Part shown: piece by piece, positions 19,018-28,373 of the stretch
Position numbering within the stretch: the first letter of the stretch is position 1
How the letters are laid out: each line of letters begins with the position of its first letter
IMG/VR virus record: IMGVR_UViG_3300037963_003719
Coordinates: 32,001-96,000 of that record
DNA: 64,000 nucleotides
Origin: a virus
Reading direction: 5' to 3' (one strand)
Notes under the pieces: model-generated
The model's database searches: none
Told to the model about the DNA's origin: nothing
Seen by the model: only the letters and a program-made list of their open reading frames with translations
Position numbers and translations under genes: made by a program

Positions 19018-19821
19018 ATGGCGCAACCTACAAGTAAAGCAGAATTGAAAGAATATTGCCTGAGGCGATTAGGTAGACCTATTCTGGAAATTAACGTTGA
19101 TGATGATCAAATTGATGATTTAATTGATGATGCCATTCAGATGTTCAATGAGCGTCACTATAATGGCACTGAGAAAATGTTCCTAAAACATCAGTTTACT
19201 GCTGATGATAAAACACGTTTTACAGGAAGTGATGAAACCCTTTCTGTTGGATCTACAGATTGGTTAGCAAGAAATAATTACATTCCTATTCCTCCTCATA
19301 TTACTGGAATCAATAAAGTATTTGGTATTAAGGGTAGTAATATTAGAAGTAATCTATTTGGACTAGAGTATCAACTGTTTCTTAATGATCTATATCAATT
19401 TGGATCTGTTGATATTTTAAGTTACTATATGGTTAAGTCATATCTAGAAACACTAGATATGGTGTTAAACAACGGAAGTTTTATTCCTTTTAGATTTAAT
19501 CAACGTCAGGATCGTCTATACATTGATACTGATACTGATTTTGTAGAAGAGGGTGCATTTGTTATTATCGACTGTTGGAGAGTTTTAGATCCCACGGACT
19601 ACACTCAAGTATATAATGATCCATTTTTAAAGAGATATACAACTGCTTTAATTAAAAGGCAATGGGGACAGAACTTAATTAAGTTCCAAGGTGCTCAACT
19701 TCCAGGTGGTATCACTTTAAATGGAAGACAAATTTATGATGATGCAGTTGCTGAGATCCAAGCGATTGAGGCAGAGATGGCATCTACATATGAAATCCCA
19801 CCACTGGACATGATCGGATAA
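19018..19821 (+). CDS. gp13: Neck protein gp13
   Basis: LKEYCLRRLG.P.LEINVDDDQ..KRQWGQNLIKF.G.QLPGG.TLNG; T4-like synteny. Confidence 0.95.
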   Translation: MAQPTSKAELKEYCLRRLGRPILEINVDDDQIDDLIDDAIQMFNERHYNGTEKMFLKHQFTADDKTRFTGSDETLSVGSTDWLARNNYIPIPPHITGINKVFGIKGSNIRSNLFGLEYQLFLNDLYQFGSVDILSYYMVKSYLETLDMVLNNGSFIPFRFNQRQDRLYIDTDTDFVEEGAFVIIDCWRVLDPTDYTQVYNDPFLKRYTTALIKRQWGQNLIKFQGAQLPGGITLNGRQIYDDAVAEIQAIEAEMASTYEIPPLDMIG

Positions 19822-19822
19822 G

Positions 19823-20707
19823 ATGGCAAAAAACACTTACTTCACTCATGGTACTAGAGAGGAGCAGATGCTCCAGCAATCCCTGGTGGATGAGTTTATT
19901 AATATGTTTGGAATTACCACTTCGTATATTCCAAGAAGATTAATTTTAAAAGATGATATTTTAAATGAAGAGGTTATCTCTGAATTTACTGATTCATTTA
20001 CTATGGAAGCATATCTTGAAAACTTTGAAGGATTCCAAGGTGCTGGAGATATTCTTACTAAGTTTGGAATTAGATCAACTGATGAAATTACTCTTGTAAT
20101 TTCTAGGCAAGCATATGATGATTTTATTTCATTACCAATGCAATTAGTTGATAATGTTCAACTACCACAAAGACCTGCCGAGGGAGATTTAATTTATTTT
20201 CCCCTATCAGATAACTTATTTGAAATTAAATTTGTAGAACATGAGGCACCATTCTATCAGTTCGGTAAACTTTTTACTTACAAACTGAAGTGTGAGTTGT
20301 TTGAATATACTAATGAAACTACAGGTGAAGGTATCTTTGATACTCAACGTGATGAAGGATTTATTGTCAAGTACTACTATGAGCAGGCAACTCTTTCTGG
20401 TCAACCAGAAGTTGGTGAGAAAGTAACAGGGTCTGCTACTGGTCTAACTGCATTTATTAATCTTTGGAATCCTCAAGAAAAATATGTTGAACTTAGAGCA
20501 CCAACAGGTAGCACTGACCATGGAGAGTTTCAGGTTGGAGAAACCCTTACAGGATCTAATAGTGGATTCTCTATAAATATTTCTAACTTCGATGAACTTG
20601 ACATGAAGGATAATTATGCTGACAATATTGATTTTGAAACCGTTGGAGACGGTATTCTTGACTTTACAGAAATCAACCCATTTGGAGAATTTGGAAATAG
20701 GAGTTAA
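19823..20707 (+). CDS. gp14: Neck protein gp14
   Basis: RP.EGDLIYFP..LFEIKFVEHE.PFYQ.GK; ends in NPFGE. Confidence 0.95.
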   Translation: MAKNTYFTHGTREEQMLQQSLVDEFINMFGITTSYIPRRLILKDDILNEEVISEFTDSFTMEAYLENFEGFQGAGDILTKFGIRSTDEITLVISRQAYDDFISLPMQLVDNVQLPQRPAEGDLIYFPLSDNLFEIKFVEHEAPFYQFGKLFTYKLKCELFEYTNETTGEGIFDTQRDEGFIVKYYYEQATLSGQPEVGEKVTGSATGLTAFINLWNPQEKYVELRAPTGSTDHGEFQVGETLTGSNSGFSINISNFDELDMKDNYADNIDFETVGDGILDFTEINPFGEFGNRS

Positions 20708-20709
20708 TT

Positions 20710-21516
20710 ATGCTAGGAACATATAATTATAATCAGATTCTTAGAAAGTGTGTTGTTGGATTTGGCACACTTTTTAATAACCTGGAAATTCGTAAATTTA
20801 ATGAGGACGGATCAGTTTACCAAAGAATGAAAGTTCCTTTGGCATATGGTCCTAGTCAAAAGTTTTTAGCTCGTATTGAGCAACAACCAGAACTTGGTCG
20901 CCCTAATGCGATCACTCTACCACGACTGTCTTTTGAGATGACAGGCATGGAGTATGATCCATCTAGGAAACAAAGTCCAACACAGTATTGTCTCACTAAT
21001 GAGAACGCTGAAGGATTAAGAAAAACATTTATTCCTGTTCCATATAATCTTGAATTTGAATTGAATGTTCTTAGTAAAACACAAGATGATTGTTTACAAA
21101 TTGTAGAACAAATTTTACCTTTCTTCCAACCATCATTTAATTTATCAATTAAACTTGTTGAAGAAGCAAACATCATTAGAGACATTCCTATTATATTAAA
21201 TTCTATGTCATTCAACGATGACTATGAAGGGAACTTTGAAACAAGAAGAGCACTTGTATATACTATGAGGTTTACTGTAAAGACATACATTTACGGTCCC
21301 ACTACAGATACAGGTCTTATCAAAAAAGCAATTACCAAAGAGTACGGTAAGGTTGACCTTACTGCACCTGGAAGATATCGTAAGTATGAAGTTACTGCGA
21401 AAGCAAAAGTTGATAAGAACAACGACAACGTTGTTGATGCCATCGATGATTCATTACTTGTTTCTGGAGATGATTTTGGATTCAACGAAACTAGTTCTTA
21501 CTTTGAAGACCTATGA
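20710..21516 (+). CDS. gp15: Tail sheath stabiliser/terminator gp15
   Basis: FGTLFN..VPLAYGP..LPRLSFEM..PVPYN..QIVEQILPFFQP. Confidence 0.95.
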   Translation: MLGTYNYNQILRKCVVGFGTLFNNLEIRKFNEDGSVYQRMKVPLAYGPSQKFLARIEQQPELGRPNAITLPRLSFEMTGMEYDPSRKQSPTQYCLTNENAEGLRKTFIPVPYNLEFELNVLSKTQDDCLQIVEQILPFFQPSFNLSIKLVEEANIIRDIPIILNSMSFNDDYEGNFETRRALVYTMRFTVKTYIYGPTTDTGLIKKAITKEYGKVDLTAPGRYRKYEVTAKAKVDKNNDNVVDAIDDSLLVSGDDFGFNETSSYFEDL

Positions 21517-21941
21517 GTGAAAATTACGAAGGAATCGAAGACGCATTAAATGTAGAAGCAGAAATTGTTCCTGCAACACCAGCGCCAAAACCAAAGAAAA
21601 GAACAGAACGTATTATTGACATCGATAAAGACGTTCAAAAAGATTATGACTATACTAGGGGTCAACTCTATGATGTCATTGAGAAGGGTCAGGAGGCGCT
21701 CTCAGGTGCCTTAGACGTGGCAAACAATACAGACCACCCTAGAGCATATGAAGTCGCTGGTCAATTAGTTAAGAGTGTTTCTGACGCTGCTGAAAAACTT
21801 ATCGATCTTCAAAAGAAAATGCAGGATCTTGAAGAAGGTCCAAAGTCAAAACAAAAAGTCACCAACAATAATGCTTTGTTTGTTGGGTCAACTGCAGAGT
21901 TGTCCAAACTTATTAAGCAAGGTCTTTTAGATAATAAATAA
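21513..21941 (+). CDS. gp16: Terminase small subunit gp16
   Basis: DYDYTRGQL..HPRAYEV..NNALFVGSTAEL. Confidence 0.95.
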   Translation: MSENYEGIEDALNVEAEIVPATPAPKPKKRTERIIDIDKDVQKDYDYTRGQLYDVIEKGQEALSGALDVANNTDHPRAYEVAGQLVKSVSDAAEKLIDLQKKMQDLEEGPKSKQKVTNNNALFVGSTAELSKLIKQGLLDNK

Positions 21942-21959
21942 ACATAAAGCTTTATCCCG

Positions 21960-22238
21960 ATGGTATACACAATTAAGTCCAGTGCTGTGGCACTGTCAGA
22001 CACACCAAGTACAGTAAGTAGTGCTAACAGGGTTTTACTTCAAAACACTGGAACTTCTGCTGCAGTAGTTACTATTAAAAGTGATGATACTTTTCAATCT
22101 GGTAGTGCAGCAGTTCAAGGAACTGTGTATGTCCAGGCGGGTTCTGATCTTGTAATTAAAAAAGATAGATTGTTCACTCTTGAAGTTGCAAATGGTGTTA
22201 CTACTTTATATGCAACTTCGGTAGGAGTAGAAGGATGA
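21960..22238 (+). CDS. Small beta-rich hypothetical protein
   Basis: 92-aa ORF after a TAAATA late promoter near 21935. Confidence 0.6.
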   Translation: MVYTIKSSAVALSDTPSTVSSANRVLLQNTGTSAAVVTIKSDDTFQSGSAAVQGTVYVQAGSDLVIKKDRLFTLEVANGVTTLYATSVGVEG

Positions 22239-22516
22239 AAACTTTTAAAGAATTTTGTACACAACTTGACGAGGCAGCATGGACGAAAAAATCAGGACAG
22301 AACAAAGAAGGTGGACTCAACGAGAAGGGCAGGAAGTCCTACGAGAGGGAGAACCCTGGCAGCGACTTGAAAGCACCGACCAAGAAGAAGGGCAATCCCA
22401 GAAGAAAATCCTTCTGTGCTCGGATGCGTGGAATGAAGAAAAAACTTACAAGTAAAAAAACTGCAAGAGATCCAGATAGCAGGATCAATAAATCATTACG
22501 GAAGTGGGACTGTTAA
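22235..22516 (+). CDS. Basic hypothetical protein with a T4-like capsid-targeting N-terminus (probable internal head protein)
   Basis: MKTFKEFCTQLDE resembles T4 internal-protein leaders; GGLNEKGR..RRKSFCARM motif. Confidence 0.65.
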   Translation: MKTFKEFCTQLDEAAWTKKSGQNKEGGLNEKGRKSYERENPGSDLKAPTKKKGNPRRKSFCARMRGMKKKLTSKKTARDPDSRINKSLRKWDC

Positions 22517-22519
22517 TTT

Positions 22520-22675
22520 ATGGCGTTGACATCAACTGAAAAACTTAAGATATGCGAAGGGTGTGAATTTTATAAAAAGTCAACAAAACAATGTAGATTA
22601 TGTGGATGTTTCATGCCATTGAAAACACTTTTTCCTGGTATGAGTTGTCCTGATTCACCCCCGAAATGGCAATGA
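22520..22675 (+). CDS. Small Cys-rich (putative Zn-binding) protein, 51 aa, missing from the ORF track
   Basis: Own translation MALTSTEKLKICEGCEFYKKSTKQCRLCGCFMPLKTLFPGMSCPDSPPKWQ; paralog of the next ORF. Confidence 0.75.
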   Translation: MALTSTEKLKICEGCEFYKKSTKQCRLCGCFMPLKTLFPGMSCPDSPPKWQ

Positions 22676-22869
22676 ATCTGAAAGATTATTTAAGTAGGTC
22701 AAAACCTAAAAAGAAAGTAGAGTTTACACCACCAAATAAAAAATTAGAGATCTGTAGATCATGTGATAAATTTATTCGTGCTACTCAGATGTGTAGAGTG
22801 TGTGGTTGTTTTATGCCATTAAAGGTAGTAACTCCTTTACCATGTCCTGAAAAGAAATGGATTTATTAA
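22666..22869 (+). CDS. Small Cys-rich protein (CxxC..CxxCGCFMPLK..CP..KW); start possibly 22672
   Basis: Same Cys pattern as the preceding ORF; ATGA overlap at 22672. Confidence 0.75.
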   Translation: MAMNLKDYLSRSKPKKKVEFTPPNKKLEICRSCDKFIRATQMCRVCGCFMPLKVVTPLPCPEKKWIY

Positions 22870-22870
22870 T

Positions 22871-24565
22871 ATGACTAAATTAAAACAAAGCGAAATCTAT
22901 CTTGGCAACCCTAATCTAAAGAAAGTTGGTGTACAAATCAACTTTACACCTGATCAGATTAAGGAGTATTTAAAATGCAAAAAAGATCCTGTCTACTTTG
23001 CTAAAACCTATTGTAAGATTGTATCTCTTGATGAGGGTCTAGTCCCTTTCAATCTATATGATTTCCAGGAAGACATGGTTCGCCGCTTCCATGAAAACAG
23101 ATTTAATATTGCAAAGTTGCCACGACAGACGGGTAAATCAACCACTGTTGTGGCATATTTGATGCACTATGCGTTGTTCAATGACAACGTTAACATTGGT
23201 ATCCTAGCAAACAAAGCACCAACTGCAAGAGAACTGCTAGGAAGGTTACAACTTGCATATGAGAACTTGCCTGAATGGTTGCAGCAGGGTATCATTGCAT
23301 GGAACAAAGGATCTATGGAGCTTGAGAATGGCAGTAAAATTTTGGCATCTTCTACATCTGCAAGTGCTGTCCGAGGTATGTCGTTTAACATCATCTTCCT
23401 CGATGAATTTGCGTTCATTCCAAACCATATTGCAGAGCAATTCTTTTCCTCTGTTTATCCTACTATTTCTTCTGGTAAAAGCACAAAAGTCATAATCATC
23501 TCCACTCCAAATGGAATGAACATGTTCTACAAGTTATGGCATGATGCTGAACTTGGTAGAAACGAATATGTTACAACTGAAGTTCACTGGTCTCAAGTTC
23601 CTGGAAGGGATGAGAACTGGAAAGAACAAACGATTGCCAACACATCTCTACGTCAGTTCACACAAGAGTTTGAGTGTGAGTTCTTAGGATCTGTTGACAC
23701 ACTAATCTCTGCTGCAAAGTTGAGATCCATGTCATATGATGAACCACTTCATGCCAGCAAAGGATTAAAGATATACGAGAACCCCATTCCAGAACATGAG
23801 TATCTCATGACGGTTGACGTTTCACGTGGAACCAATAATGATTACTCTGCATTTATTCTGTATGATATTACAACTGTACCATATAAAGTTGTAGGTGTTT
23901 ACAGAAACAATGAGATTAAACCTATGTTGTTCCCAAACATAATTAATCAAGTTGCTCTTAATTATAATAAAGCATTTATCCTTGTCGAAGTAAATGATAT
24001 TGGAGATCAGGTAGCATCAATCTTGCAGTATGATCTTGAGAATGAAAACCTTCTCATGTGTGCAATGAGAGGTCGTGCTGGGCAATTAGTTGGTCAAGGA
24101 TTTTCTGGATCTAAAACTCAATTAGGAGTTAAGACAAGCACAACAGTTAAGAAAATTGGTTGCTCTAACTTAAAGCAATTGATTGAAGCAGATAAATTAC
24201 TTGTCAATGATTATGATATTATCTCAGAACTAACTACCTTTATTCAAAAGAAACAATCGTTTGAGGCAGAGGAAGGTTGTAACGATGACCTTGCAATGTG
24301 TCTGGTTATCTTTGCATGGTTAGTTGCACAAGATTACTTTAAAGAAATGACGGACAATGATGTTCGTAAAAGGTTATATGAAGAACAGAAAAATCAAATT
24401 GATCAAGATATGGCACCATTTGGTTTTATTGACGATGGTCTAACCGACTATGAATCAGTTGATACTGAAGGTAATGTTTGGTATATTGCTGAAGATGGGA
24501 CTGGTAAATTTTCAGATAGTGCTAGTGAATATGGAGAACTTAATTATATGTGGGAGTATAGATAA
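22871..24565 (+). CDS. gp17: Terminase large subunit gp17
   Basis: YLGNPNLK, RQTGKST Walker A, IIFLDEFAF Walker B, NDDLAM nuclease motif. Confidence 0.98.
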   Translation: MTKLKQSEIYLGNPNLKKVGVQINFTPDQIKEYLKCKKDPVYFAKTYCKIVSLDEGLVPFNLYDFQEDMVRRFHENRFNIAKLPRQTGKSTTVVAYLMHYALFNDNVNIGILANKAPTARELLGRLQLAYENLPEWLQQGIIAWNKGSMELENGSKILASSTSASAVRGMSFNIIFLDEFAFIPNHIAEQFFSSVYPTISSGKSTKVIIISTPNGMNMFYKLWHDAELGRNEYVTTEVHWSQVPGRDENWKEQTIANTSLRQFTQEFECEFLGSVDTLISAAKLRSMSYDEPLHASKGLKIYENPIPEHEYLMTVDVSRGTNNDYSAFILYDITTVPYKVVGVYRNNEIKPMLFPNIINQVALNYNKAFILVEVNDIGDQVASILQYDLENENLLMCAMRGRAGQLVGQGFSGSKTQLGVKTSTTVKKIGCSNLKQLIEADKLLVNDYDIISELTTFIQKKQSFEAEEGCNDDLAMCLVIFAWLVAQDYFKEMTDNDVRKRLYEEQKNQIDQDMAPFGFIDDGLTDYESVDTEGNVWYIAEDGTGKFSDSASEYGELNYMWEYR

Positions 24566-24795
24566 TGGAATTTGAAGATGAGTTTGATTTAAGTCATCTT
24601 CTTTTTAATGAAAGAATATGTCGAACGTGTAAAGAAAAGAAAGATCTACTTACTGATTTTTATCTAATACGTAAAAATAGTAAGGGATTACCCTCTGCAT
24701 ATTCTTACGAGTGTAAACGATGTACAAAATTGAGGGTAGCAAATACTAGAAGAAACAAATATGATGTAGGAAATTGGAACTATCCTGACTGGTAG
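24565..24795 (+). CDS. Small Zn-finger hypothetical protein
   Basis: CRTC..DFY..YSYECKRC; located between gp17 and gp18. Confidence 0.7.
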   Translation: MEFEDEFDLSHLLFNERICRTCKEKKDLLTDFYLIRKNSKGLPSAYSYECKRCTKLRVANTRRNKYDVGNWNYPDW

Positions 24796-24879
24796 AGTGT
24801 TCATGCACTGTTTCCCCTCTGAAAAGAGTCAAAATCATAAATATTTTTAGAAAATATGACACATTCTTAGGAGATAAAC

Positions 24880-27624
24880 ATGGCGATTTTACGCTCACCT
24901 GGGGTTGTCGTTAGGGAGAAAGACCTAACCAACGGCAGAGCGGATATTACTAACGCAAATCTTGCTGGTTTTTCCGCACCATTTTTAAAAGGTCCTATTG
25001 GAGAAGCAGTAACTATCTCCAACGAAAACGAATTAATCCAAACTTTTGGAGAACCATCAACAGCAAACGCTGACTATTGGTTATCTGGAACTAACTTCCT
25101 CAACTACGGAGGACAACTTTCAGTAGTCAGAACTGACTCTGATGACCTCTTTAACTCAGTCGCTAGAGTCGGTAACTCACTGAGTGCAATTACCGTTACG
25201 AACCCTACAACAAACGGTAAGTATGTAAGTGCTCCTGCTGTTACTTTCGTTGGTGGTGGCGGTTCTAATGCTGAGGCAACTGCACTGATCGATGCTAATG
25301 GTAAAGTAACCTCAATCAATATCACAAATACTGGTAGTGGATTTACTTCTGCTCCAACTGTTGAAATTGCTCCTGTAGGTACAACTGCTCTTGCAACCGC
25401 TGCTCAAGGAACAACTGCTACAGCAACTGCTGCTGCAGGTAACTTGAATTCTGGTGCATTGACTGGTACAGCAACAATCACCCTTGCAGGTTCTGGATAT
25501 TCTTCCGCTCCTAATATCACCGTATCAGGTGGTGGTGGCGCTGGTGGAACTGGAATTGCTACCGTAGTTAACGGTCAGATTACATCTGTTGCACTTTCTG
25601 GTGGTTCAGGTTATACCTCAGCACCAACTCTTGATATTGAAGATCCAACTGGTGTTGTTGTTACTATCACTTCTTCTGGTACTAACTACGATCCTACTGG
25701 AACATATAACGTTAACGTTTCTGGTGGTTCTACTGTTGGTGGTGCTACTTTCTCTGGTACTTTGGTTGTAAACCAGAGTGGAGAGGTTACTGGAGTAAAC
25801 GTTGCTAGTAATGCAGATTTCGGTAACTACTCTAGTTTTTCTGGTGTAACACCAGTCATCCCTGCTGCTGGTACAACTGCCCTGGCAACTGCAACCATTG
25901 CTGCAGATCCAATTAAGATTTCTAGAAATGAGGTTTATGAAGCATCTTATTCTGGTAATACTAGTGGTTGGTTATATGCTTCTAGATCTGCTGGTTCATG
26001 GGGTAATTCTTTAAGAGTTTGTACTGTTGACCGTGGTCCTCAGCAATCACTTTATCTGACAACTAATCCTACAGCACCTGCTGCAGGTACTTTCGTTACC
26101 TCAGGTATTAAAAAAGGTAAGGTCATTGACACTTCCAATGGCACTGACGGAAATCTGATCGTTCACGTTGTTATCGTTGATAGCACAAATAACGATTCAT
26201 ACGTTTCTTGGCCACAATCAAATCAGAAGTTTGCTGATTCTGATGCAGTCACCATGGGTGGTGTATCATATACACTCAAATCATCTTCTGGTGTTGATGA
26301 CGGTGGTGAGTGGTATTTAAAGAAAGAACTGTATGAAGGTTCTGGTGTTCTGTGGAACTCAATCGCCGCAAGACCAGGAAGTAGTGACGACTCCATTGAA
26401 TTCTTCGGAAGCATTTATGGTTATGATAGCATTCACGTTGCAATCGTCGATGAAGATGGTCTGATCTCAGGTGCAAAGAATTCAATTCTTGAAGCTTGGA
26501 CTTACATGTCTAAAGCAAACAATGCTAGAGGTCCACAAGGTGGTTCTAATTACTACAAGAAAGTTATTTCTTCTGGTAGTCAGTATGTTTATGTTGGCGA
26601 CACTGCATTTGAATATCAAGAAAAAACTGCAGCATTTGAACCAGTTGGCGCTAAGTCAAACTCACTGACAGGTGGTGCAAACTATAACCTCCTTGCTAGT
26701 GGAGAGTTCGATTGTTCAGTATCAGAAATTACTGCAGGTTATTCAATCTTCACTGATACTGACAACACTTCCCTTGACTACATCATCATGGGTCCTGGAA
26801 TGTATAATGAGGCAGACACTCTGCAAAAACTCAGTTTCATTTCTGGTATCGCTGCTGCAAGAAAAGATTGTATTGCTTTTGGTTCCCCACACAAAGGAGC
26901 TATTATTTCCTCTAGTGGAACCGCTCTTTCTAATAACGATATTGTTAGAAACATTAAGGCGTTCTACAATGCTGTAGGAAGTAGTTCTTATCTGGTTCTT
27001 GATGGAAACTACAAGTACGTCTATGATCGTTGGAACGATGTATATCGTTACATTCCTTGCAACACTGACGTTGCTGGTCTGGTAGCAGACACCGCAATTA
27101 GAAACGAACCATGGTTCTCACCTGCTGGTTTCTCCAGAGGTGGTATCCGTAACCTGGCAAAACTTGCTTGGAACCCAGGCAAATCAGATAGAGATGAACT
27201 CTATGCAAATAGAATTAATCCTATCGCAACATTCCCTGGTCAAGGTGCAGTTCTCTTCGGAGACAAGACCGCACTCTCTAACCCATCTGCTTTTGACAGA
27301 ATCAACGTTCGTAAGTTGTTCCTGGTTGTTGAGAGGGCAATTGAGCAAGCAGCGAAAGCACAACTCTTTGAGATTAACGACGAGACCACAAGAAACGTTT
27401 TCAGGTCTATTGTTGAACCATTCCTTCGTGATGTTCAAGCAAGAAGAGGAATCACCGATTTCTTAGTTGTCTGTGATGACACGAATAACACTCCTGCTGT
27501 TGTTGATAACAATGAGTTTATGGCAGAAATTTATATCCAACCTGCCCGTTCGATTAACTTCGTAACCTTGACGTTTACTGCGACGAGAACTGGTATCTCC
27601 TTCGACGAGATTATCGGTAGATGA
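24880..27624 (+). CDS. gp18: Tail sheath protein gp18 with an inserted repeat region
   Basis: SPGVVVREKD N-terminus; PWFSPAG..RG, FDRINVRKLF and PARSINF motifs. Confidence 0.97.
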   Translation: MAILRSPGVVVREKDLTNGRADITNANLAGFSAPFLKGPIGEAVTISNENELIQTFGEPSTANADYWLSGTNFLNYGGQLSVVRTDSDDLFNSVARVGNSLSAITVTNPTTNGKYVSAPAVTFVGGGGSNAEATALIDANGKVTSINITNTGSGFTSAPTVEIAPVGTTALATAAQGTTATATAAAGNLNSGALTGTATITLAGSGYSSAPNITVSGGGGAGGTGIATVVNGQITSVALSGGSGYTSAPTLDIEDPTGVVVTITSSGTNYDPTGTYNVNVSGGSTVGGATFSGTLVVNQSGEVTGVNVASNADFGNYSSFSGVTPVIPAAGTTALATATIAADPIKISRNEVYEASYSGNTSGWLYASRSAGSWGNSLRVCTVDRGPQQSLYLTTNPTAPAAGTFVTSGIKKGKVIDTSNGTDGNLIVHVVIVDSTNNDSYVSWPQSNQKFADSDAVTMGGVSYTLKSSSGVDDGGEWYLKKELYEGSGVLWNSIAARPGSSDDSIEFFGSIYGYDSIHVAIVDEDGLISGAKNSILEAWTYMSKANNARGPQGGSNYYKKVISSGSQYVYVGDTAFEYQEKTAAFEPVGAKSNSLTGGANYNLLASGEFDCSVSEITAGYSIFTDTDNTSLDYIIMGPGMYNEADTLQKLSFISGIAAARKDCIAFGSPHKGAIISSSGTALSNNDIVRNIKAFYNAVGSSSYLVLDGNYKYVYDRWNDVYRYIPCNTDVAGLVADTAIRNEPWFSPAGFSRGGIRNLAKLAWNPGKSDRDELYANRINPIATFPGQGAVLFGDKTALSNPSAFDRINVRKLFLVVERAIEQAAKAQLFEINDETTRNVFRSIVEPFLRDVQARRGITDFLVVCDDTNNTPAVVDNNEFMAEIYIQPARSINFVTLTFTATRTGISFDEIIGR

Positions 27625-27662
27625 TCATTAGATAATAAATAAATTTACGGGAGACACAACCA

Positions 27663-28328
27663 ATGGCAAACATTAACCAGTTCAAATCTAGATTACAGGG
27701 CGGCGTTCGCCCTAATCTATTCCAAGTAGATATCACATTCCCTGAGGCATCTTTTGATCTTGGAAGTATTAAAAACCCTTCAGGTTTAACTGAGGCAGGT
27801 AGATTCCTCTGCAGATCTGCACAGATTCCTGCAGCAAACCAAGGACTTATTGAAGTACCTTTCAGAGGTCGCTTCCTTAAGATTCCTGGTGACAGAACCT
27901 TTGAACCTTGGACTGCTACTTTCTACAACACCACAGATTTCGATCTGAGAGCAGCATTTGAGCAGTGGATCAACATCGGTAACAAAACTGATGAAGCACT
28001 GGGAACTTATAACTTCGGTTCTGAAGGTTCCTTCGCTCAGTATTTCCAGGACATCACAATTAGACAACTGGACAAAAACCCAGAATCTAAGGGAAATGTA
28101 ACAAAAGGCGGTGGTGTAAATAAAGTACTTAGAGAGTACAAACTTGTAGGTGCTTGGCCAACTTCTGTTGGTGCAATTAACCTTGCATATGACAGCAACG
28201 ATCAGATTGAAGAATTTGACGTTGAGTTCCAATATCAGTATCTTGATGCTGGTGAGAAGAACTTCCAAGTCGGTAATGGTGAATTCACCAAACTGAGAAA
28301 CGTAGGTTCTACCACAAGTGCAGGTTAA
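27663..28328 (+). CDS. gp19: Tail tube protein gp19
   Basis: GGVRPNLF..VPFRGR.LKIPGDRTF..W..IEEF.VEFQY. Confidence 0.96.
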   Translation: MANINQFKSRLQGGVRPNLFQVDITFPEASFDLGSIKNPSGLTEAGRFLCRSAQIPAANQGLIEVPFRGRFLKIPGDRTFEPWTATFYNTTDFDLRAAFEQWINIGNKTDEALGTYNFGSEGSFAQYFQDITIRQLDKNPESKGNVTKGGGVNKVLREYKLVGAWPTSVGAINLAYDSNDQIEEFDVEFQYQYLDAGEKNFQVGNGEFTKLRNVGSTTSAG

Positions 28329-28373
28329 TTAAAGTGATAAATAGAGTAACGGTCCAGTTACTCTATATTTGGA

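Noticed and set aside
27786-28268. 160-aa antisense ORF over gp19 (similarly 42687-43205 over cobS and 48048-48482 over regA)
   Set aside because: Shadow frames of conserved + strand genes with biased codon usage; no motifs, SD or promoter.
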